A stretch of DNA of 64,000 nucleotides from Azolla caroliniana (taxonomy: Eukaryota > Plantae > Polypodiophyta), in contig JBHGNT010000021.1 of NCBI GenBank assembly GCA_043228905.1, forward strand, positions 12,462,001 through 12,526,000, written 5' to 3'. The notes beneath the pieces were generated by a model. That model was not told where the DNA came from, did not search any database, and saw nothing but the letters and a program-made list of their open reading frames with translations. The translations under genes were made by a program, and so were the position numbers. Numbering within the stretch: the stretch's first letter is position 1; each line of letters begins with the position of its first letter. This document shows, in pieces, positions 49,229 through 64,000 of the stretch.

Positions 49229-51799
49229 TGTAAAGATTACATGTGGAAGCCAAAATGAATAGACTCGGATACTACCGGGTCCACCGGAGAATAGAAAACA
49301 GAACTTAAGAAAACACAGAGATACTACTCACAAAGTGGGGGAGATACCCCTTTTTTCCAATCCGATTCTGGATGTACACAGTCGTCTGAACGGCTTTGGC
49401 CCAACAAAACTTGGGCATGCTCTTCTCTTCTAGCAAGTGAATTCATGTTGACTTCCCTCTATTGCAGATAACAGTTGAATTGGCTAGAAAAGTATTCCTT
49501 TTCGCCATCCGACCGTAGACACTTGATCTTCGTCTCTGTTTCCCGTTTCACCAAGCTTTTTAAGTTCTAGAAATAGTCAAAGACGTCACTCTTCTTCTCT
49601 ATAAGGTAGATCCAGCTGTGTTGGCTATAGTCGTCGATGATGGAGACAAACTATCGACTCTCGCCTAGACTCACATTCTATTCCAGTCCCCACACATCCA
49701 AATGTATTAAGTCATGCTTATTACAACTCTGGTTTCGCTCGTTGGGGAAGGGAAGCCGGTGTTGCTTTCCTAGCTGACAGGCTTCACAAACTTGGGCCTT
49801 CTGGCCACTGAACTTCGGAAGGCCGAACATCGCTTGTTTCGCTTGCAACTCTTGAAGGCTTTGAAAATTGATGTGGCCAATCCGCTTATGCCACAAGTCG
49901 ATATCTGATTCAACTTTTTGTCCTTCGGCGAATATTGCGGTGCCGACATTGTTTGTGTCGAGGATGAAGATCCTCCCTTCTTGTCGCCCTTGCACGATGA
50001 TTTTCCCTTCTTCCTCAATGAAGTAGCCAAGGTGGGCGAACTGAACAAGTCCACATTCCTTGGTTGACAATCGGTTTGACCGACACCAAATTTTTGGTGA
50101 TTGTCGGTACATGAAAGACGTTCATCAACCTCCCCTTTTGGCCAACATGGCTCAAGGAGACATCACCTACATGCTCAATGGGATGAGGGGTGTCATTGCC
50201 GGTTTCGACGATCCCCGGTTGTTCCGGCGTCTCCAGATATGAGAACCACTCTTTGTGGCTCGTCATGTGATTTGACGCTCCAGAATCGACATACCACACC
50301 TCTTTTGGTTTTGTGGTGCTCGTCTTCATCGAATTAGCTTTATGTTTCATTACGAAGGTTGGGTCTTTTCCGGCTTGCCTTGAGCCTTTCGCTTAGTGCG
50401 ATCGCTGTCAATTTCCCTGTTCGGCTCTGCTTGATTTGGATTTGTCTGAATCAACCTTCTTCTTCTAGTACTCACTTTCTTTGTGACCTTTCCAGCCGCA
50501 ATACCAGCAGTCCGTCACGGCCTTCCCTTGTTGGTTTCCCGCGCCGCCTTGACTCCCCTTGCTTGTGGATGGTCTAGAATTGTTGTCAGCATGTTGATTA
50601 TGCCTCTTGTTCTACTCTCATTAGCCATCACCATTGTGTGTCGATCCAACGCGTTCTCCACGAGCGCGGGGCCTATCCGCCTCCGTGTACATCATCTGGT
50701 TGTTAGGTTGAGTGCTCCTTGACGCACCTGCATGGTTTTCTTTGACCATAAGCATCGATTGCAGGTCAAAAGCGATGATGGTTTCTCCCTCGTGCAAATA
50801 GCCGTTTGGATTGACTCGTACCTCAGAGCTAGACCACCAAAGCAAATCTGCACCATTTTGTCCTCGTCCACCATCACATTGATGAACCCCAAGGCATCAT
50901 AGTTTTCCTTGATCTTTGTGGTATAGTCGGACACCGTCACATCCCTCTGACGGATATTGTTGAGCTCTTGACGGAGTTGTAACTTGCGGGCCGTGGTACT
51001 CGTGGTGGAAATCTTCTTTAGATTTTCCCAGGCCTCCTTCGACATCTTTGCATTTCGAATGTAGCCCAACATCTGGTTGTGCACACATGATGCAAGGCAG
51101 TACAAGACTCTACTTGCCGCCTGCTCCCACGCAGGAAAATCCTTGAGTGTCGATTCTGGTGCTACTTCGTTTTCTCCAAGGATGTAACTCCAGTGGCCAT
51201 GCTCGAGCAGGTATTGGTGCCTCTTGTGCCTCTTGTACTCCCAAGACTCATAGTTGCTTCTGTCCAACTTCTTTGTCGGAAGAGCACCACCCATTTCTCT
51301 GTCCATTTTCTTCTTCTTGTTTGTTCTTGTTCAGGGATTAGGGTTTGTCTAGGTTGGAATGCTTGTCAACAACAAAGTATTCTCAATCCTCGTGCTCTGA
51401 TACCATGAAAAGATTACGTGCGAAAGCTAAAACGAATAGACTCGGATACTACCGGCTCCATCGGAGAACAGAAAACAGAACTTAAGAAAACACAAAAATA
51501 CTACTTAGAGAGTAGGAGAGAAAAGATGAAAACTTAATTCAAAATAATAACAAGGCTCTATACATACAATATGCTTAGTGAACACTTTTATATAAGTCCT
51601 TAAAGGACTGACAGAAGTCTTGACAAGTCCTTCAATGCGCATAAATGAGCTACTGACACTAACTCCCAAAAATATTCCTTTGAGGAACATATGTCATCCG
51701 GCCCAACCGTTCGATCCAGCTCCTAGTTTCTTTAGCCGATCCGGGCCTCGTCGATCGGTCTTCTTATGATCCGGCCCATGTTGAGCTTTCTTGTCAACA
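49229..51799 (-). mobile_element. Internally deleted copia (5' LTR 51406-51799, iMet PBS, gag-PR-IN, remnant 3' LTR 49229-49329)
   Basis: PBS tggtatcagagc at 51394-51405; WYVDSGASNHMT, WHKRIGH, CEACQLGKQ motifs; flanks gtata/atata (4 of 5 TSD match); RT and RNase H absent. Confidence 0.85.
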
Positions 51800-52014
51800 A
51801 TATATATGTGTGTGTACATATATATGCTTGTAAATATATGTATATGTGCATGGTTATATATGTATTTAGTATATTTTTGTATTTATATATGTGTGTATGT
51901 GTATATGCTTGTTACTATATGTGTATGTGTATATGTGCACAATTTATGTGTATGCAATAACCCTAAACCTTACCTAAATCCATGTAAATGTACATAGGTC
52001 ATGAAGGTCGTAAT

Positions 52015-53976
52015 TGTCAAATATGGATATATAATGGCCGTATTCACATCGTCCCTTGGACAAACTAGGTTTAGGACATTTTTGTAAATATGTAAAAGGG
52101 TAGTTGCCTTAGCCCAGTTAGTATAGAATAGGCTTTGTAACCTAGTTTGTAAGGTTGTTGCTATTGTTAGAGAGTTGTTGCCTCCATTATATTGTAACTA
52201 TTCTGATAAAATCTCTTACATTGTGTGCCTCTTTGTCTATCTCTCTCTCTCTCATTCTATTCTGGTTTGTGCACTCGGTGATCGTCATGTCAAGGTGTTG
52301 TTGATGTTTCCGCACTGATGACCTTAGTTCCCAACATTTGGTATTAGAGCTGATTTTCTTCAACTCACTACCAGCTACCATCAATCTTCAACAACATTCT
52401 TGCTTCGTCTCCCTTGAAGAACCTGAGTTCAAGATCTCATATTGAGAAGAGAAAGAAAAAGAAAAAAGAACAGATGTGGATCAAACTTCAACTTTTAGAA
52501 GGAACAGATGCAAGACTATATGATAGTCAAGGGGCAAATTGACCCCATTGAAACCGAAATTCCTCCAGAAGGATACAAGCCGAACGAATGGCAAAAGCTG
52601 GATAGGATTGTCCCCACCACAATTTTGATGCACTTGTCGGAGTCAGTGTACTTCACAGTGCAATTGTGTTCGACCGCCTTTTAACTATGGAAAGCATTTT
52701 CAGACACTTATGAGAAGAAGGTCGCCGCCACAAAGATATATTTTATTCGGCGCCTCTACAACTTGCGGATGAAAGTTCGACTCAGTCTAGGCACACACCT
52801 GAACGAGTTTGAAAGTTTAAGCTCCCAAATTTTGGCTTAGGGGATGAAAATCGAAGATGAACTGAGAGCAATGTTGGTCATGACCAATCTCCCCCCTTCA
52901 TGGGAACCTTTTGTCACAACTGTGTGCAATGCTTAAACTGTTGATGTGAAGTACTCCGAAGTTATGAACGCAATATTGATTGAAGCAACTCAGAGGAAAT
53001 AGTTTGCAAAAGATTCAGTAGATGAAGCCTATGTAGTACAAGGTTCAGCTAACCGACCAAACAATTGAGGAAGAAGTTCTTCTCGACAGTTGAACAATCA
53101 GCGAAGTTGGAGCAAGTCCCGGGACAATCAAATATGCAACTATTGCAAGAAACCTGGGCACATCAAAGCCGATTTCTGTGCACTCAAAGCTAAGAACGCT
53201 AAAGCTCAGCAAGCTGGTTAGAAAAGTGGCCGGCATGAGGAGGTCAATTACGTCAGCTCTTCAACCGAAGTATTGTTGAACGACCCAAACATACTATCCA
53301 TTGAGAACCCAGTCAAATCAGAAGTTTTGCTTACAATTGAGGAATTGAGCACATGGCTCTTGGATTTGGGTGCATCCTACCATGTGATCTCTCATAGGTC
53401 CCAATTTTGGCAATATTCGGCCCGACACTCTAACTCCGTACGAGTCGGAAACTCACAACATTGGGCTATTATTGGAATTAGCACTATAGAACTCAATCTC
53501 TCAGGCGGTTCTAAACTTCTACATTAGTACTATACAATGTCTGACATGTACCTGAGCTTTTAAGACCTTTGATCTTAGTTGGACAATTGGGCAAAGACAA
53601 CATCCATGTCGGCTTTCCATCAGGAGGGTGGACACTACATAGGGGAAACCTCTTGCTTGCTCGAGGTCCAAAAGTACATTCATTGTACCTGCTATATGTC
53701 GCACTCAAAGAGGGAGAGTTGTTCCTGGTTGACATTCCCGTGTCATCACAATGGCATGGACGACGATTTAGACACCTCAGCAAGGCCGACATCACACATT
53801 TATCTAGAGCCGTATACATCCCCAAACTCTCCTTCTCCGATCATCAGTTCTGCAAGCATTGCCAATACGGCAAATAGATAGCCGCATCACACCCAACAAC
53901 ATCACCGAGAGAATTGAGTCCACTCAATTTGGTCCACTCAGACGTCTGTGGCTCTATGCCACACCATTCTCTCGGC
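52015..53976 (+). mobile_element. 5' portion of a degenerate copia (LTR ending 52336, PBS, gag-PR-start of IN)
   Basis: ...cccaaca tt tggtattagagc; CNYCKKPGHIKADF, WLLDLGASYH, LVHSDVCG motifs; LTR start uncertain. Confidence 0.75.
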
Positions 53977-55145
53977 TCACGAAGGAGGTTAAAGTGGGCC
54001 ATTCCACCAAAGAGGCTAGCTCTAAAATAGATTAATATATCTCATTAGAGATGAGCTAAAAATTGTCAATGCCCCAACTCAAGGAATATGAGGCTTTAGA
54101 GCAAGATGATTGATCTAAACATTAAATAATACGCCTTGATAAATGACATATGGCCTTAACTAATTTATTTGTTGATAATGATTGAGAGGGGAATCATACC
54201 AAAAAAGTAGCTCTATATGCCACCCCACTCCAAGTTGAGAAGCTAAAGCTAGAGTACCACTTTAGTCAACTAGACTATGTTGTAGTGATGCGGCAAGCAC
54301 AATCAACAAGCTCAAAGAGAGAACTATAAAAATTGAAGTACATGAAATTTGACTCACGCTATTAGGGGCATGTGTTCATCATGGAAAGGCAAGGCAAGGC
54401 ATTCAAGGAGAACCTTGCATTCTCTTATGGAAACAAGGCTAATCATTGCAAGCGACTATTCAAATGTTTTGGCAAGAATGGGAAATAAATGTGCAAGAAC
54501 TTCATTTTTCTTAGGAAAAACAAGAAGCTAACAACAAGGAGAATAGAAAAGAGGCCCACTTCTTGAATATGGAAGCAATAAAACATGTGTGTACCACAAG
54601 GTGGTGTTGGAGGTGACACAAGTGAGGTTCGTTGGTGTAACTAGACGGAAATGAAACATCACCAATTAAGTCGTTGCCCCTCACTACAACTGAGGATGAT
54701 GCTGAGGACCAAAGGAGGCCTATCACGATGGAGTATGGAGCTCGCCCCAACCTCGCCGACCTCCAATTATTGAGCTCATCGACTCCTTGTGTTGATGTCG
54801 GTCGGACGAAGCTATCGAAGAAGAAGCCATCTTGATGAGCATAACCAAAGCTCTCTGGCACTTAGTTGAGTAGCATGTGCAAGCCTGCATGTAGAGCCAA
54901 GTTTATCAGCGCAAAATTCACTGGCCGGCAAGCGTGCCATCGGAATGTCCGGATGAGTCCAACAAAGGACACTCTGTGGGAAAAGAAGAGGAAAAGCAAA
55001 TGAATATGAAGAAGAAGAAGATGATGATGATGAAAGAGAAGCATCTCATCTCATCTCATTCTTCTTCTTTTTTCTTCACAGTCTCTCTATACATACATAC
55101 TTCCTAATCTACATAATAACATACATACATACATACATACATACA

Positions 55146-55177
<32 letters not shown>

Positions 55178-55231
55178 CATACATACTTCCACGAGCTCTG
55201 TTTCTTACTTCCTTTCTTTGGTCTCTCACCC

Positions 55232-60387
<5,156 letters not shown>

Positions 60388-61588
60388 ATCTTGATGCTTC
60401 ATATGAGGGTAGGAATGTGTGGTGAACCGAGCCAATGAAAGCTTCCACAATTGCACATGATGCACAAGTATCGTGTTTGAAGACGATAACGGAGGATTAG
60501 TTCAGGAGTAATAAACTCTTGTTTATGAGAGCATATTCTATTGAGACAACCATTTGTCTAGTTCCTTTCCTTTATGTTGTCTTAACCAGTTTTCGCATCT
60601 TAAGTGCTTTATGATGCATTACCCTTTCCCTAGATTGCACAATTCATTTTGTTGAATTTTTAAAAGATTGCTAGTGGAAAAAACTAAAGTATTCCTATTC
60701 TGTTTGTGCATATAACTGTGAGGGAGAGGACCAGATGAATTTAGTTCAACTGGTTAAGGTTTCCATTCTTTGGTAGTATGTATTATTTGCATTGAATTTG
60801 TAATTGGTGGAGACTTGTAACATAATATATGAAGCGAGGACTTGCCAACTAGGATACATTGATGTTATAAAAAAGCCTCACCCGAATAATGTATTATGAT
60901 ATGATTCATTGCGAAGCAATTGTAATGCACCCAATTTTCCAAACCATTCCTTCATTTATTGCGTCCATCCAAAACTCAAAATGTTGGCTTGAATATTTTT
61001 CAACATTTCGCTTGCATTCGATGCATTTCTAGTAAATGGTCAATACGAGGCCATTTCTAAATATCGAAGCATGTATTCAACAATTCTATACATTTCCCTT
61101 GATTTGAATGGAAACTGATGTAGTTGGATGCATTAATGTGACCCAAGTATCAAATATGTAAATCCCAACATTTAATTTTTTCCATCAATGCATGCAGTTT
61201 CAATGTATAGCACACTCATTATTCATTTATGGTGGGAGAAAACCTCCACTCTAGCTAATAATGATTACTATACACAATGCATGGCTTAGCCATACCGAGA
61301 GAGTTTTCGTAGAGTTAATACATTTGTTTCCGAGTTAAACATCCTATTGTGATTCAAAAGGTTTTGAAAACATTGATAAAGATCAAATGTGATGCATGAG
61401 TTCAGGCTAAGAAGACCATGGATCAAAATTGGCTCACTCAAATTTCTTTGATTGAGAAAAGGACTTGAATGGTGGCAAGGGTATGTCCTATGTGCATGTG
61501 ACATTGAGCATTCAATGTTGGATGAAAATCTTGGAAAAACATTGAGTATTCAATGTTGGGTGACAATCTCATTTTTGAAGTGTGTGTG

Positions 61589-64000
61589 TTTCTTTGATAG
61601 GAAATGATGGGCAAGTTGCCATCACCCTACCTTGCCCCTTTCCCTTCCTATAGACATCTCCCTTTTCCAAAAAAGAATATACTCCTTTAGTTAAAATATA
61701 CACAAAGCGATCCCTTTCTCGGGAAGGTCGAGCCAAGACTATCCTATCCTACACAAGAGATCTTGCTTATTTATCTTACACTTTCACATATGGCTCTAGC
61801 CATCCTTTCATGCACATCACCTACATTCACTATCCCACATGCCATGTCTTTCACGCCTCTCGTTCATTTAATGGGAGGGGGGAACAACCAATTGGGTACT
61901 TCATACTTCCATAGTATATCAATTCCATTTGCTGCGGCCATCGGTGTCGTACACCATTGCTTTCGAAAATTCAGCCTCATTAGTTCTGTAGCATCATTAG
62001 TACCATCAATCCGCTCATATTGAGCTCTTAGTGTAGTTATTAATGTGTGCCAGATTAGCTTAATTGATTCAGCTGGGGGGCGTTTGTGTGCTGGAAATAC
62101 CCTAGTACACCTTGTTGTCCATATATACCATATAGTAATGGGGGCAAGCAACATCCAAAGATCTCCAAGTTTTTGATTCTGTGCACAAGTTGTAGGTACC
62201 TTGTTGTCAGTGATCACCCGCACAATGCCATTCTCCCATATGTACTTAGCATCGCATGTGCTATCGTATTTCGCCACATCATCCTCAAGACAAATCTAGC
62301 AAGCATGTCGCAAGTTGAGGGTGAACGAACTAGAGGCATACAACCACTCCCTCACGACATTCCCATAGACAATGGGAAATGCTTTCTATCTGTCCACAGG
62401 CAATACATCTAGGGTCTACATTGGGGCCTTTACCCTACGTCGCTACCGGTAATGCTCTATGTGCAATAAATAAGCCATAAACACATCATTATCTTGCGGT
62501 CATATCTGTCATGCCATATCATTTTCCAGAATTTATCTAGTCTCATTTCACTAATGCCCTCCTGTATCCAAAATTTCCTTGCTGCAATCTTGTCGTGTTC
62601 TTGTTCTAGAATAATTTGCCTCCCAATCTTCGTGTTATACTTGAAAAATTGAACCAACTTTTCCCCATCAGTTCGTCCTTGAGTTCTCCAACAATACATC
62701 GTTGGGTCCCATGATAACTGATCCAAATGCCCTTGTATAGGCCAACACACTGTCTCTGGTGTGATCTCCGTTGGCTTAGGGTCAATAATCATATTCTTGC
62801 CATTTTTTTGCGGTTAGCCTAATCGGCCTTTCTCTTTGAAAGGCTGGTTGCTCAACTCTTACCATTTCGTGCTCTAGTTTGTAGTAGAATACCTCATTTG
62901 ATTCTACTTTCATTCCCTTAATGCCAATTAAACAGTTCTCAACATCTATAAGTTCTATCCATGCAATTTCAGAGCTTGTTACTTCTTCCTCTTCCACGAT
63001 ATTCCTGTAGCATGCAATGGCATCTGTAATTCTCTTGAGCATGTCTTTACCCTTGGTTATTCTCCATATTCTAACCTTTTGAGTGCCTACCTCATTGGAC
63101 AAAAACCTCTCCCACTCCATTAATGCATTCCCTTGGGCATTGATTAACTCAACCCATTTGAAACCTGCTTTTTGGCCTATCATCAGCCCATCCATATCTC
63201 TAATCAATGGGTTCCATACAATTGGCATGTACATCCGCGCATATGCATAATTTCTCCACCTACATGTGATCCCCTTTCTGATTTCTTGCCATGCTTTCAT
63301 AATTCCAATAGCATAATGACTCTCCATACTTCCCCAATATTTGGGTCTCATTTCTGGCACAAAGCCCCAAAATTAGCTGCTTGGCCAACGTCCACCTTGT
63401 CTCGGCAACCACATCTTCCATCTACGTCGCCATAGAACTTTCCAAGGTGCCTTAGGAGGTTGTAGGTTCTTGACCACTAGTTTGCCTAGCAAGGCCTTCG
63501 TTTGCACCACGGGATCTATCAATCCCACCCCCCCTTCACTTTTCCTTTTTATAAGCATGGTCCAAGCAACCTTTGCACATGCTTGTTTTTCCTCCGTGCC
63601 CCCCCATAAGAAATTTATGATAATCCTTTTTATCAATTTCATCGACTTGGGCACGATTATCCAGCATACAACATCAATATGCCAAATAGTGGCCATTAGA
63701 ATCTGATTTGCAATCACAATCTTGCCCGCAAAGGATAGTTTTCTTGCATTCCACCATATTAACTTCGCTTTTATTTTGTCCACTAGTAGATTGTAATGTT
63801 CTACTCGATCAATGTCCATACCAATTTTGAAGCCCAAGTATCTAATAGCTTCTCCTTTCCTCAACCATCTAAAATTGGGGTCGGGGACCCAATTTAACAT
63901 GGGCTTATTACTGATCCAAATGCCCAGAGATTTATTCCAATTTATTTTAGCATCCGATCCCCTACAAAACTCATCAATTGCATTTTGCAATCTGTCCAAG
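61589..64000 (-). mobile_element. L1-clade LINE, 3' half of ORF2 (RT C-terminus to zinc finger) and 3' end; degenerate, continues beyond window
   Basis: AKINWNKS..IRYLG..LSFAGKIVIAN..FLWGG..KVAW..EGGVGL, IWYIWTTRCTRVF motifs; 3' end ...cctatcaaagaaa. Confidence 0.88.

Noticed and set aside
54511-55044. Possible divergent gene upstream of lumazine synthase
   Set aside because: Stops in all candidate frames and no recognisable protein similarity

Overview
Eukaryotic land-plant genomic DNA, probably from a non-seed plant such as a fern. This is an inference from the Tcn1-like chromoviruses, the Penelope-like element and the gene style. The window holds two intact host genes: a 12-coding-exon EDC4/VARICOSE decapping scaffold (minus, 17202-23788) and an 8-exon plastid lumazine synthase (plus, 55232-60387). 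The rest is nested retroelements: a Tcn1-like chromovirus with a -1 frameshift signal, interrupted by a young, intact Ty1/copia; a solo LTR; several truncated copia and gypsy copies; a tail-to-tail LTR palindrome invaded by a tRNA-Trp-primed non-autonomous element; and an L1 LINE. The three most unusual signals are: (i) an interstitial, apparently endonuclease-deficient Penelope-like retroelement with telomere-like repeats and a (CT)n-rich tail; (ii) a recurrent antisense tRNA-like (Pol III A/B box) module at the start of several LTRs, with nested insertions just upstream of it; and (iii) a copia Pol with an open C-terminal extension of about 240 aa. All coordinates and comparisons were read by eye; no database searches were run.
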